DNA of 64,000 nucleotides, taken from positions 1 to 64,000 of the forward strand of contig JAQBGU010000179.1 in the NCBI GenBank assembly GCA_032128375.1. The letters run 5' to 3'. This DNA comes from Deltaproteobacteria bacterium. GTDB lineage: Bacteria > Myxococcota_A > UBA9160 > SMWR01. The position numbers and the translations under genes are program-made. Below, piece after piece: positions 18,812 to 29,129 of the stretch. The stretch's first letter is position 1. Every line of letters starts with the position of its first letter. The notes under the pieces are model-generated. The model ran no database searches and was not told the origin of the DNA. It saw only the letters and a program-made list of their open reading frames with translations.

Positions 18812-19995
18812 TTGCGCGCACTCTGTTCGAAGCTGGCTTTCGATCGAGCTCGAAGTTCCGGATCGCACAAGAAATCGATCGCGGTCATCGCAAGGGCTTT
18901 CGCACCGTCGATTGCAGCCTCGTCGCCGATCGGTGCCGCCGCGTGATCTGCGAATGCGGCGTTGTGGATGTTGCAGCCCGGTGGTGCCGATTGCAGCATC
19001 GGGTGAATGGACGGCACGCGGTAGCTGACGTTTCCCATGTCGGTACTCCCCGCCATCGAGGCGGGGAGTTGGTCGAGGGGCATGAACACGCGCCCCAGAG
19101 TCTCAGCGTTCCCGCGGAAGCAGTCCGCGAGTGGCGCGTTGTAACGCATATCGAGATAGTCGACTTCGCCCCAGATGACTTCCAGTCTCGCGCCCGTCGC
19201 ATGGGCACCCGCGTGAAAGCAACCCTCGACGCGCGCCTTGAGAACGCTGAGTTGGTCGGCACAGGAAGAGCGCACATAGAAGCGGCCGGCCGCTGACTCG
19301 GGAACGATGTTGGGTGCCTGCCCGCCGTCGGTGATGATGCCATGGATGCGTTCGTCGACCCGAATGTGTTGGCGTAGCGCGCCGATGGCCTGGTAGGCGA
19401 TAACCAATGCGTCGAGTGCGTTGACGCCCTCCGCGGCTGCTGCGGCCGCATGGGCTGCTCTCCCTTGGTAGCAGACCGTGACTTCGGCACACGCAAGGCT
19501 GGGCATCGTAACCAGGTTGAGACTCGCTGGGTGAATCATCAGTGCAGCGTCGACGCCGTCGAGAGCGCCGCGCTGGGCCATCAACTCCTTGCCGCCGCCG
19601 CGTTCTTCGGCCGGCGTCCCGAGCATGCGGACCCTGCCCGGAAGGTGATCGGAAAGGCCGTGCAGAGCGAGTCCCGCGCCGACCCCCGAAGTCGCGATGA
19701 TGTTATGCCCGCACGCATGACCGATCTTCGGTAGCGCATCGTATTCCGCCAGCAACGCGACGCAACCCGCATCGCCCGCTCCGAATTCCGCGCTGAACGC
19801 GGTCTCGAGGCCGTACGCACCCGCTTCGACCTCGATGCCAGCGCCGCGAATCGCGGCGATCAGCATCGCGGCAGCGACGCGCTCTTCAAAAGCGAGTTCG
19901 GGCTGGGCGTGAATCGCGTGAGAGATGGCCAGCAGGTCCGAGCGCATCGCATCGACGGCCGAACAGGCTCTTCGCTTGAGTTCGGCAGCATCCAT
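18808..19995 (-). CDS. M20 family amidohydrolase/metallopeptidase
   Basis: IHAQPELAFEE, AEYDALP..GHACGHN, GTPAEE and GSTDMGNVS. Confidence 0.93.
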   Translation of the reverse strand: MDAAELKRRACSAVDAMRSDLLAISHAIHAQPELAFEERVAAAMLIAAIRGAGIEVEAGAYGLETAFSAEFGAGDAGCVALLAEYDALPKIGHACGHNIIATSGVGAGLALHGLSDHLPGRVRMLGTPAEERGGGKELMAQRGALDGVDAALMIHPASLNLVTMPSLACAEVTVCYQGRAAHAAAAAAEGVNALDALVIAYQAIGALRQHIRVDERIHGIITDGGQAPNIVPESAAGRFYVRSSCADQLSVLKARVEGCFHAGAHATGARLEVIWGEVDYLDMRYNAPLADCFRGNAETLGRVFMPLDQLPASMAGSTDMGNVSYRVPSIHPMLQSAPPGCNIHNAAFADHAAAPIGDEAAIDGAKALAMTAIDFLCDPELRARSKASFEQSARK

Positions 19996-20120
19996 GTCGT
20001 CAGTCTACCGCCCGGCTCGTCCGGGGAAAGTAGCGGGGAGCGGCTGGTCCGATGGATGCGCCGAAGTGTAGAATAATCGCCGGCCGCCCTGCGCACCTCA
20101 CATTCTCAGAAGGAATCAGC

Positions 20121-21095
20121 ATGCGAGCGATCTCGGTCGATCGATGGATGGAACCCAGCGAGCTTCGGGTGACTGACATCGCCGAACCTTCGACACCTCC
20201 GGGCGCACTGAAAGTCAGCGTACGAGCCGCGGGCTGCAATTTCTTCGACATCCTGATGGTCCAGGGTAAGTACCAGGTGAGGCCTGCGTTTCCGTTCACA
20301 CCGGGAGCCGAGGTCGCTGGTGTCATCAGCGAGCTTGGTGAGGGGGTCGAAGGCTTCTCCGTTGGTGACGAGGTGTTCGGCTCAGCTGGGCTCGGCGGGT
20401 TTGCGGAGTACTCGATCGTCTCGGCTGGCGCGGCGCACCGCCTGCCGGAGGGGATGTCGTTCGAACAGGGCGCGGCATTTCCGATGGTCTACCCGACCAG
20501 CTACGCCGGTCTCGTGTTCCGCGGTGGGCTCATGCCGGGCGAAAACCTGCTCGTACACGCAGCGGCAGGGGGTGTGGGGCTCGCGGCGGTTCAGATCGGT
20601 AGTGCGCTCGGCGCGCGCGTGATCGCGACGGCTGGAGGGGCGGAAAAGCTCGAGGTCGCTCGACGTAACGGCGCGGATGAGCTGATCGACTACCGCGAAG
20701 AAGATTTCGTGGCACGGGTCAGGGAACTGACAAACGGTAAGGGGGCCGACGTCATCTACGACTCCGTCGGCGGAGATGTGTTCGACAAGTCGCTCAAGTG
20801 CATCGCCTGGAACGGTCGTCTGGTGGTGGTAGGGTTCGCAGGTGGAACCATCCCCGTAGTTCGAGCAAACAGGATCCTGCTCAAGAATATCGCTGTCACG
20901 GGTCTGCACTGGGGCGCCTACCAGACGAATCAGCCCGAAAAAGTGCCCGAGACATTTGCCGCATTATTCGCTCTACACCGAGAGGGCAAGGTCGACCCGG
21001 TGATCTTCAAGAGCTATGCGCTCGAGGACCTGGCGACGGCGCTGCACGATCTGGCGTCTCGGAAGAGCTACGGAAAGCTGATCATCACCCTTTGA
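20121..21095 (+). CDS. NADPH:quinone oxidoreductase (zeta-crystallin/MDR family)
   Basis: PFTPGAEVAG, LVHAAAGGVGLAAVQ and DVIYDSVGG. Confidence 0.92.
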   Translation: MRAISVDRWMEPSELRVTDIAEPSTPPGALKVSVRAAGCNFFDILMVQGKYQVRPAFPFTPGAEVAGVISELGEGVEGFSVGDEVFGSAGLGGFAEYSIVSAGAAHRLPEGMSFEQGAAFPMVYPTSYAGLVFRGGLMPGENLLVHAAAGGVGLAAVQIGSALGARVIATAGGAEKLEVARRNGADELIDYREEDFVARVRELTNGKGADVIYDSVGGDVFDKSLKCIAWNGRLVVVGFAGGTIPVVRANRILLKNIAVTGLHWGAYQTNQPEKVPETFAALFALHREGKVDPVIFKSYALEDLATALHDLASRKSYGKLIITL

Positions 21096-21136
21096 ACAAA
21101 ACGCAGCAGTCGCTGTAAAAATGATAACCTCCGCAC

Positions 21137-21754
21137 GTGGATCGACTCTTGCTGCGCACACTCGTGACGTTGATTTTCCTCGCGCGGATAGCCGCGGCGG
21201 AGGATCTGGTCTGTCCCCGAGGCGCTTTCCTGCGTGGTGCACAACCGCCCGAGGGACTGAAGCAATGGTGTGAACTCGAGGACGGAACCCAACACGGGCC
21301 GAGCATGGCTTGGTTTCCAGACGGAACGACGAACGCTGAGGCTCACTTCGATCACGGTGAACTCACGGGTGCCTACCGAATCTTCTATCCCGGAGGCAAA
21401 CCCTACGAGGAAGGAACCTACCTCGCAGACCAGAAGAATGGGACGTTCTCGACCTGGGCCCCCAATGGGACCAAACTCCTAGAACAGGAATTCGTCAAGG
21501 ACGTGCGCGATGGGTCGGTCAAGCAGTGGCATCCGAACGGCAAACTAAAGTTCTCTGAACATTACAAAGATGGTCAGAAACACGGCCCGGCGGTCGGCTA
21601 CTTCGAAAATGGCCAAAAGGAGGCCGAAGGACATTTCGACGAAGGGATGTTCGATGGAGTCTGGATTGGATGGTATCCAAGCGGCAATCGGCGGAAAGTC
21701 GCGGAATTCGTCGGTGGCGAGCGCGTGAAGCTGGAGGAATTCCCGGACAAGTGA
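21137..21754 (+). CDS. Secreted MORN-variant repeat protein (YwqK-like)
   Basis: Signal peptide plus repeated HG..W.PNG..E..Y.DG units. Confidence 0.8.
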   Translation: MDRLLLRTLVTLIFLARIAAAEDLVCPRGAFLRGAQPPEGLKQWCELEDGTQHGPSMAWFPDGTTNAEAHFDHGELTGAYRIFYPGGKPYEEGTYLADQKNGTFSTWAPNGTKLLEQEFVKDVRDGSVKQWHPNGKLKFSEHYKDGQKHGPAVGYFENGQKEAEGHFDEGMFDGVWIGWYPSGNRRKVAEFVGGERVKLEEFPDK

Positions 21755-21764
21755 TGGTACTCGG

Positions 21765-22139
21765 GTGAGCGAACCCTTCTCGGTGTCGCGGCGAGCCGCC
21801 GGTTTTGGTTTCGCCATCCGGGGTGTTGCGCTCATGCTGAAGACACAGCACAACGCATGGATTCACGCCGCTGCGTCAATCGTCACCTGCGCGGGTGGAT
21901 TCTGGTTGGGACTCAGCGCAACCGAATGGTGTTGGATCGTGATTTCAATGATGGCCGTGTGGACCGCCGAGGGCATCAACACCGCACTCGAAAGGCTGGC
22001 TGACGCGGTCACGACCGACCACCACCAGCTGATCGGCCAAGCGAAGGACGCCGCAGCGGGTGCGGTATTGATCGCCGCAATAGGCGCGGCGACGATCGGA
22101 CTCTTGGTCATGGGGCCTCATCTGCTCGCGAAGTTCTGA
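21765..22139 (+). CDS. dgkA: Diacylglycerol/undecaprenol kinase family protein
   Basis: QHNAWIH, AEGINTALERLAD and AKDAAAGAVL. Confidence 0.88.
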   Translation: MSEPFSVSRRAAGFGFAIRGVALMLKTQHNAWIHAAASIVTCAGGFWLGLSATEWCWIVISMMAVWTAEGINTALERLADAVTTDHHQLIGQAKDAAAGAVLIAAIGAATIGLLVMGPHLLAKF

Positions 22140-22315
22140 GCCATCGCTCACCACGAACAAGCCGCGTTCTCCGGATCAGCAACGCTCTTCCGGTCTGCCG
22201 ACCCCGCCCGCAGAATCGACGCGCCAACCAGCTGTCGGCAGCAGAGCCGCTCACGGCGACGCGCGACGATCCACAACGACTTGCGGCTGGACGCAGCGAT
22301 CAGCAGATGGGGCAG

Positions 22316-22567
22316 CTACAAGCGGCGAAGAGCCTTGGCGATGATCTGGTAGGCAGCGGTTCCGAGGGGGAGCTTCTGGCTATTGGAGTACTTTTGGAGC
22401 GTCTTCAATTCGTCGTTGCTCAGCATCGCAACCACTCGGTTGATCCGGGCGTCCTTCGACGGGCCCGTTCCCGTTCCGGCCGGTCTACCAGCGCCGGGAC
22501 GGCTTCCACCCCAGCCGCTCTTTTGGGTTGCCTTTTTCTTCGTAGTCTTTTTTTTGCGTGCAGTCAT
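22316..22567 (-). CDS. Small basic protein with a WGGxRxGAGRP motif, probable DNA-binding
   Basis: 83 aa with a Lys-rich N-terminus, GWGGSRPGAGRP, and a C-terminal strand-helix-helix pattern. Confidence 0.7.
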   Translation of the reverse strand: MTARKKKTTKKKATQKSGWGGSRPGAGRPAGTGTGPSKDARINRVVAMLSNDELKTLQKYSNSQKLPLGTAAYQIIAKALRRL

Positions 22568-22640
22568 TTGAGTGCGGTTTTCTTGCGGTCAATCCCGCTG
22601 GCGACAATCGGCAGCCAGGTCCAATCCGCAAACCTTTGTA

Positions 22641-22707
22641 GTTGGAAACTCGTTGAAAATTTGTTGGAAAGTAGTCTGGAAGAAATCTGGAAACAGTCTG
22701 ATAACTT
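22641..22707. repeat. About 11-bp phased tandem array with TGGAAA core
   Basis: gttggaaactc gttgaaaattt gttggaaagta gtctggaagaaa tctggaaacag tctgataact. Confidence 0.65.
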
Positions 22708-22966
22708 GAATATTATCGATCAATCGAGACAGATCGAACAAGGGAGTTTTCCCCCGATGGTTCCAGCTTGCGGCAAGAACCGGAGCAGCTTGCATCGCCT
22801 GGATTCACCCCGCGTGGGCTTGAATTCGGACATGTCTAGGCAATATGATGCCTCGAATATCTGAAACCACCAATGCTTTTTTCGAATCCCCAAGAAAAGG
22901 CATCGACACTGGGGAAGGTCCAAATGCGGGCATCCAGACCGCGGGTGCTCCGCGAAACGTACCGCA

Positions 22967-24031
22967 TCAGTCGGAACCGGCGTCGATCGAGCTGTTGTGA
23001 TTACAGGAAAATCGGTGCACGGTGGTATGTGAGTACCGTTCCCCCGTTTCCAGTCGGGTAGATGGAAACTCCGGATGGTTGGGCGAGTCGGGGAAGTGCT
23101 GCGTTTCCAGGCACAGTGCTGCATGACGGCGATAGACGGTGTCTCGCTTTCCGGTCAATTCGCCGGTGAGGAAGTTCGACGTGTAGAACTGGATACCCGG
23201 TTCGCTGGTGTGGACCTCCATGACGCGACCGCTGGTGGGTTCGTAGACCACAGCTGCCAACGTCAGTTCACAGTCGGAATCATCCAATGCACTTCGAGCC
23301 GCCTCGGTCTTGTCGAGCACGAAATTGTGGTCGTAGCCGCCAGGCGCTTCGCCGATGCGCGAGCCGATCGCTCGCATTTCGCGGAAGTCCATCGGTGTGC
23401 CTTCAACCGGCGCTAGTTCGCCAGTTGGGATCGCGGTTTCGTCCACTGGGGTGTACCAGTTTGCCATCAAGAGGAGCCGATGCCCCAAAATGTCGCCGGC
23501 GCCGCCGTCCGCGAGATTGAAATAGCTGTGGTGTGTCAGATTTACGATCGTGGCTGCGTCGGTGTAGGCTTCGTAGTCGATCCAGAGTTCATTGTTGTGC
23601 TTCAGTCGGTAGCGGACTGCGACGTCGAGGTTTCCGGGGTATCCCTCTTCGCCGTCATTGCTTCGATACCGAAATATGACGCCGCTTCCGCTCGTGTCCT
23701 GAACGGGCTCGGCCCGCCACAAAGCGCGGTCGAACCCCCTTTCTCCCCCGTGCAGGTGATTTCGTCCGGCGTTGGTCGCCAAGACGAAGGGCCGACCGGC
23801 CAATTCGAATCGACCGCCGGCGATTCGGTTTGCGTACCGGCCCACGGTGGAGCCGAAGTGGGGATGAGGGCCTCGGTAGCGAGCCAGATCATCGAATCCA
23901 AGTACCACATCTGCGAGCTGACCGTTGCGGTCCGGAACCTCTAGCGAGACCAGGGTGGCACCGTAGTTGATTAGCCGAGCTCTCGCGCCTGCATCGCTTT
24001 CAAGCCAGAATTCGCGCATGGGTTCGGTCAC
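22967..24031 (-). CDS. galM: Aldose 1-epimerase (galactose mutarotase)
   Basis: GRYANRI, NHLHGG, GEEGYPGNL, NLTHHSYFNL, YDHNF and CLETQHFPDSPN. Confidence 0.95.
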   Translation of the reverse strand: MTEPMREFWLESDAGARARLINYGATLVSLEVPDRNGQLADVVLGFDDLARYRGPHPHFGSTVGRYANRIAGGRFELAGRPFVLATNAGRNHLHGGERGFDRALWRAEPVQDTSGSGVIFRYRSNDGEEGYPGNLDVAVRYRLKHNNELWIDYEAYTDAATIVNLTHHSYFNLADGGAGDILGHRLLLMANWYTPVDETAIPTGELAPVEGTPMDFREMRAIGSRIGEAPGGYDHNFVLDKTEAARSALDDSDCELTLAAVVYEPTSGRVMEVHTSEPGIQFYTSNFLTGELTGKRDTVYRRHAALCLETQHFPDSPNHPEFPSTRLETGERYSHTTVHRFSCNHNSSIDAGSD

Positions 24032-24050
24032 GCGATTTCCCTTCTCCCGA

Positions 24051-24815
24051 TTATTCTCCGGCCAGAACTTTGATCGCGAACAGCAGTGAGATTCCGGCGG
24101 CGAATGCCGTGAAGTGAACCAGGTTCGTGCGGATCAGATGATGTCGATTGACTTCGGGGACCAGATCAGACGCCGCGATATAGAGGAAGTTTCCCGCTGC
24201 AAACGGCACGAGAAACGATACGTCGAGTTCGGTGGATATCGCGTATGCGATGATCCCGCCAAACAAGAATGTCAGCGATGCGAGACCGTTGATCAGCAGT
24301 GCGCGTCCGCGGCTCCAGCCTCCGTGAAGCAGCACGCCGTATTTTCCGAGCTCTTGCGGGATCTCATGGGCAGCGGCGACCAGCCAGGTGGTAATTCCCA
24401 GTCCGGTGTCGACCACGAATGCACCGGCGACTGCAACGCCGCCGAGAAAATTGTGAATGCTGTCGCCGATGACCATCAATAAACTCAGTGGGCTGCCGTG
24501 TTGGCGCGTTGCGCCTTCGACGTGGCTCGCATTGTCGTGCCAGTGGTGCCACTGAAGAAACTGCTCGAGCGCCAAAAACGCCGTGAAGCCAGCCAGTACC
24601 CACAAGTACGTCGCGATCCCGCCATCAGATCGCTTGACGGCTTCGGGAATCATGTGAAGCAATGCCCCTGCCAAGAGCGATCCTGCCGAAAAGGCGACCA
24701 GTGGCAAGATGAGCTGTTCACGGGTCTTGACCGGGAGGGCGAACGTGATCGCACCGAATAGCGCGATCAGGCTCATGAACAAGCCGCCCGCGATGATCCA
24801 GCCCAGGGTTCCCAC
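24051..24815 (-). CDS. ZIP family metal transporter
   Basis: GDSIHNFLGG, AHEIPQELG and GNFLYIAASDLVPE. Confidence 0.92.
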   Translation of the reverse strand: MGTLGWIIAGGLFMSLIALFGAITFALPVKTREQLILPLVAFSAGSLLAGALLHMIPEAVKRSDGGIATYLWVLAGFTAFLALEQFLQWHHWHDNASHVEGATRQHGSPLSLLMVIGDSIHNFLGGVAVAGAFVVDTGLGITTWLVAAAHEIPQELGKYGVLLHGGWSRGRALLINGLASLTFLFGGIIAYAISTELDVSFLVPFAAGNFLYIAASDLVPEVNRHHLIRTNLVHFTAFAAGISLLFAIKVLAGE

Positions 24816-24818
24816 GAA

Positions 24819-25937
24819 TCAGCGGGCGCCGTCGAACAGTGATTCGAATCCGGAAGGAGTGTGCGGGCCAATCACCAACTGCTCGAGGATGCCGATCCCT
24901 TCTCGGTCGTCCATTCGGGCCCGACAAACGTGTTGTATGTGAATGTGCCGCGGATCGAGGGCATCGAGTTCGGCGAGCTTCCAACGTTCGGCGCCGATAG
25001 CGAGATCACCCTTCCACAGGCCATGGCCCCATTCGGGGTTCAAGTAGCCGATCCCCAACATCTGGAATGTGAGCATCGGCTCGAGCGATATCTGGAGTGG
25101 CCGCTGGTCGCGCAACGCAATCTCGATTTCGGCGCGGGTCGCGCGCCGAGTGCCGGGCTCCCATCGAATTTCGTGCTTTACGTTTGGGGTACTCACCACG
25201 CCCTGGTCAAGACCCTTCGGAATTTCATTCGCTCTGCGGTAGCGCGGCGCCACGACGCCGTTCGAGTGCCAAGTTCGTCCATCGGCGTATTCATTGATGC
25301 CGAAGTGAGTGCAGACATCGTCGAAATGAATTGGCGCCCAGAGCCAGAAATACTGCGGAGCTGAGCCCGGAGCACCCGCCTCGCGCTCTCCAACTTGTCG
25401 GATTCCCCAGGATCGATCGCGCACACCCGGTACTCGATCCGGTTGGACGTCGATCGTTTCACTACCTACGCGCACCCACCCCGACCATTCACCGAACTGC
25501 GCGAAACGGGTCGAATCCATCAACACGCGCCCCTGGTGTTGGAACGTGAATCGCGGTTCTTCGAGCGCGGCCGTTCGGGCATCGAATACGAGTTCACAAG
25601 ACAGGTCGCTTTCACCCGGTGCAACGGACAGACGGAACCGCCGCATGGGTTCGAGCACCTCGAGCGAAATAGGGCCCGCTTGGGTTTCAGTGCGTTCAGT
25701 CGGAGCGAGCCGCGATGCATGGAGCGAGTACTGTTCGCCGCCGACCACCACGCTGAACGCGGCATCCATCACGCGCCGGTTCGGATACAGACCCATTGCG
25801 GCCGCGAAGAAGAGTTTGCCATCGCGAGAGAACCCGTTGAAGAAATAGCGATCGTAGAAGTTGCGATCGCCGGTGACCGGGTGTGCAAGGGGTTCTGGGG
25901 TCTGGTGGATCGGATAGTCGTCGAGGTCGGAGAGCAT
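24819..25937 (-). CDS. Conserved hypothetical beta-rich protein
   Basis: LDDYPIHQ, NFYDRYFF and RDRSWGIR, an AttH/CrtC-like RDxSWG motif. Confidence 0.75.
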   Translation of the reverse strand: MLSDLDDYPIHQTPEPLAHPVTGDRNFYDRYFFNGFSRDGKLFFAAAMGLYPNRRVMDAAFSVVVGGEQYSLHASRLAPTERTETQAGPISLEVLEPMRRFRLSVAPGESDLSCELVFDARTAALEEPRFTFQHQGRVLMDSTRFAQFGEWSGWVRVGSETIDVQPDRVPGVRDRSWGIRQVGEREAGAPGSAPQYFWLWAPIHFDDVCTHFGINEYADGRTWHSNGVVAPRYRRANEIPKGLDQGVVSTPNVKHEIRWEPGTRRATRAEIEIALRDQRPLQISLEPMLTFQMLGIGYLNPEWGHGLWKGDLAIGAERWKLAELDALDPRHIHIQHVCRARMDDREGIGILEQLVIGPHTPSGFESLFDGAR

Positions 25938-26004
25938 TGGGTCAGCCCTTTCGAGTGCACTTCGGATTGAGATATCGAGCCGGCGCGGATCCAGTCGCGC
26001 GGTG

Positions 26005-26511
26005 CTACCAGTGGATTCGCACTTCGCGACGTCCCCACGTGATCGCGGCGGTGACGTCGTTGCCCATGTAGATGTCGATCCGCTTCGACCAGCGGCCGTT
26101 CATCTTGTCGAGGACCCGGTACTTTCCGGGAAGTCCTTCGATCGACACAGGTGCGTGGTGATCCAGACCGAGTGGAATGAGATCGTGCGACACCGCAATG
26201 ATCTTCATTCCCGGAGACAGCGGGTCGCCCCAAGCGGCAGTCGCTGGGCCGGAATCTGTTTGCGCGGCTAGCGAGTTGAATGCCGTCGCAGTAACGACCA
26301 GGCTTTGCACATCGCTGCCGAAGTCGTCGTCTGTCGACAGCACCTGAACCTGCTGTGGTTTTTCGCGCATTTCATCGTTGCCTGTCTCATTCGCAACGAT
26401 GATGACGGGTGAATCGGCGTCCGAATGTGCGTCAGCCTCGGAAACCGGGTTCGCGTGCACGGTGACAGCCGGCATCGCTACTGCGAGCGCGGCAACTATC
26501 AGTAATGGCAT
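26005..26511 (-). CDS. 3D domain-containing exported protein
   Basis: VTATAFNS, IIAVSHDL and VLDKMNGRWSKRIDIYM, with an N-terminal signal-like segment. Confidence 0.8.
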   Translation of the reverse strand: MPLLIVAALAVAMPAVTVHANPVSEADAHSDADSPVIIVANETGNDEMREKPQQVQVLSTDDDFGSDVQSLVVTATAFNSLAAQTDSGPATAAWGDPLSPGMKIIAVSHDLIPLGLDHHAPVSIEGLPGKYRVLDKMNGRWSKRIDIYMGNDVTAAITWGRREVRIHW

Positions 26512-26728
26512 CGAGCGTACGGGGGTCAAAGGGCGATCCTCGAGATGTCGCTGTGCTGCACATTTGGAGAGCGGACCGCCGACTGCGACTTGGGCCTGGC
26601 GGAAGTGAGGGCGGGGCGGGTGGAGAATATCTCGCTTGTCGAGGCTATGCACGCATGCAATTTGACGCCACATACCCGCGGAATTGAAATGAAATTCACC
26701 GCTATGGGGGCCACGCTACAATCGCGAG

Positions 26729-27484
26729 ATGGCCGAAAATCTCGTCTTTATCAGCGGCGCGTCGAGTGGGATTGGGGCGGCGATGGCACGTTCGGTTCCG
26801 TTCCCGGGTGCCCGTTTGATCAACATCAGTCGCCGACCCGTCGACGGTTGCATCCATTTCTCAGCGGATCTGTCGGATCCCAAAAGCTGGGCCACGGTCG
26901 CAGAGTTGTTCGAACGAGAAATCGTTGGAACCGCATTCGAACGCGTCGTCTTCATTCACAGCGCCGGAACGCTCGATCCGATCGGTTTTGCCGGTGAGGT
27001 TTCCGCGGATTCCTACACTCGACAGGTGTTGCTCAACAGTGCTTCGCCGCAGGTTCTCGGCGAAGCCTTCGTCCGAGCCTCGCTCGCGACCGAAGCGCCG
27101 TGCCAGATGTTGATGATCGGTTCAGGGGCAGCTGCAAACCTGTACCCGGGCTGGAGCGCGTACGGTCCGGGTAAGGCAGCGGTGAATCAATGGGTGCGGA
27201 CCGTAGGCGCAGAGCAACGCAGCCGTGGCGGAAACTGCCAGGTGTTCTCGATTGCCCCGGGGATTGTTGCGACTCCAATGCAAGATCAGATTCGCACCGT
27301 CAGTGCTCGCGAATTCCCCAACGTGGAAGACTTCGTCAGCTATTGCGAACGAGGCGAACTGAGCGACCCCGATACCGTCGCTGACGAACTGTGGGGCCTA
27401 CTTCGCGCAGGCAAACTCGAAAACGGTGCGGTCCTCGACCTGCGGGACCACCCGACGCAGGGTCGTCGCGACGCCCCGGGCTAA
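26729..27484 (+). CDS. SDR family oxidoreductase (benzil/sepiapterin reductase-like)
   Basis: ISGASSGIG, GSGAA, YGPGK and APGIVATPMQ. Confidence 0.88.
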   Translation: MAENLVFISGASSGIGAAMARSVPFPGARLINISRRPVDGCIHFSADLSDPKSWATVAELFEREIVGTAFERVVFIHSAGTLDPIGFAGEVSADSYTRQVLLNSASPQVLGEAFVRASLATEAPCQMLMIGSGAAANLYPGWSAYGPGKAAVNQWVRTVGAEQRSRGGNCQVFSIAPGIVATPMQDQIRTVSAREFPNVEDFVSYCERGELSDPDTVADELWGLLRAGKLENGAVLDLRDHPTQGRRDAPG

Positions 27485-27693
27485 TTCAACCGATTGCGCC
27501 AGGCCGATGCGAAGTCGCGAAGCGCCCAGCACAGCGATGCATGCTCGCGGCGTTGAGTTCTGCTGTCCTTCAGTACTTCCAAGACATAGCGTTTTGGGTC
27601 TCGTTGGTCTGCGTCGACCCGGATGGTTCGTCGCGCGGTTCCAGGGCGGTTGTCTTTGAAGCGAATTCCAAACGAAAGCGGCCTAACTGCCAT
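27481..27693 (-). CDS. Small hypothetical protein (70 aa)
   Basis: ATG preceded by an AGGAG RBS. Stop overlaps the convergent SDR stop. Confidence 0.6.
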   Translation of the reverse strand: MAVRPLSFGIRFKDNRPGTARRTIRVDADQRDPKRYVLEVLKDSRTQRREHASLCWALRDFASAWRNRLN

Positions 27694-28031
27694 TTCGATC
27701 TCCTGGTCTCGAGCGGTCCGGCGATTCGGTCCGACATTTCCTGTTTCGGATGCCGCGCGAATTTCTTGAGTCCGATCGCGAATATCGATTGATATTTGCC
27801 TGCTCGTGGAGCGCTGAATACTCTGTCAGGACCACGCTGGAGGGTGCCCAAAGACAGGATTCTGCGAATTCTTCGCCGTCAGCCACTGCGCAAGCTGGCG
27901 CTCCATCGCGCGGGCTCCTAGCCTGCTTCTCCTTGTCGCCGAGGCGGTGCCGCTCAGACGCGAGTGGGTTCACCCCCGGGTCGACCCAGGCTGGCTCCGA
28001 AATTCCGATAAGGAACAGGAATAGTGCTGCG

Positions 28032-29114
28032 ATGATGGACCCCGAGGCCGCTGGCGTTTCGCCCGAAGATTGGCGGGCCGCGACCGAAAGCTGTGTCGAG
28101 CTTCGCGTGATCGAAGTCATCGACGAGACCCACGACACGCGCTCATTTGTGTTCGAAGTTCCCGCCGAGTTGCGCGCGCGGTTCGAGTATCAGCCCGGCC
28201 AGTTTCTGAGTTTCAAAATCCCGTACGACGGACGCATATTGACGCGAAGCTATTCGCTGGCCAGTTCGCCGCACACCGATCCTGCTCACAAGGTCACCGT
28301 GAAGCGGGTCGACGAAGGCCGGATCTCACACTGGATGAACGAAAAAGTTCAGGTTGGATCGCGGATGATGGTGGTTCCTCCAGCGGGCCTGTTCGTGCTC
28401 AACGACGCTCACCGCAAGATCGTGTTGTTCGGCGGTGGTAGTGGAATCACACCCGTGATCTCGATCATCAAGTCAGCGCTCGCTACCACCCGACGGAGGC
28501 TCGAGCTCATCTATGCGAATCGAGACGAGCGGTCGATCATTTTTCGTGACGAACTCGAGGCGCTCGTGGCAGCGAACCCTTCGCGATTGGCGATCGTCCA
28601 TTCGCTCGACGACGTCGATGGGTTTCTCGACAGGGATGCCGTGAAGCGACACGTCGGAGCGGAACTCGAGGCCGATTTCTACTTGTGTGGTCCCGGTCCG
28701 TTCATGGCGACAGTAGAAGAATCGCTGCGCGAACTCGGTGTCGCTCACGACCTGGTACACATCGAGCGTTTCGTCTCGCCACCCGACCCTGGCCTGCATA
28801 TCGAAGAAGTCACCGAAGGAGTCGCCGACGACACGGTGCCCGATACGATTACCGTAGTGCTCGACGGTGAGACTCGCGACATACCCTACGGCAGAGGAGA
28901 GAAGCTGCTGTGGGCGGCGCGCGAGGCCGGCCTGGAACCGCCGTTCTCGTGCGAGGAAGGTTACTGCTCGTGCTGCATGGCAAGGCTCGTCGCGGGCGAA
29001 GTGAGAATGGATACCAACGACTGCCTGACGCCCGACTTGATCGACGAGGGTTGGATCCTGACCTGTCAGGCGCGTTGCGTTAGCGGCAAAGTGAAAATCG
29101 AATATCCCGACTGA
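28032..29114 (+). CDS. Ferredoxin-NAD(P) reductase with C-terminal 2Fe-2S domain (KshB/PaaE-like)
   Basis: RSYSLAS, GGSGITP, YLCGPGPFM and CEEGYCSCC..C. Confidence 0.92.
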   Translation: MMDPEAAGVSPEDWRAATESCVELRVIEVIDETHDTRSFVFEVPAELRARFEYQPGQFLSFKIPYDGRILTRSYSLASSPHTDPAHKVTVKRVDEGRISHWMNEKVQVGSRMMVVPPAGLFVLNDAHRKIVLFGGGSGITPVISIIKSALATTRRRLELIYANRDERSIIFRDELEALVAANPSRLAIVHSLDDVDGFLDRDAVKRHVGAELEADFYLCGPGPFMATVEESLRELGVAHDLVHIERFVSPPDPGLHIEEVTEGVADDTVPDTITVVLDGETRDIPYGRGEKLLWAAREAGLEPPFSCEEGYCSCCMARLVAGEVRMDTNDCLTPDLIDEGWILTCQARCVSGKVKIEYPD

Positions 29115-29129
29115 ACGAGGGGAATCAAC

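Noticed and set aside
21137..21754. Toxin-antitoxin module (YwqK antitoxin)
   Set aside because: Only generic MORN-variant repeats with a signal peptide, and no adjacent toxin gene.
27750..28031. N-terminal extension of the ferredoxin reductase
   Set aside because: Low-complexity sequence with no family similarity. The ATG at 28032 follows an AGGA-containing RBS region.
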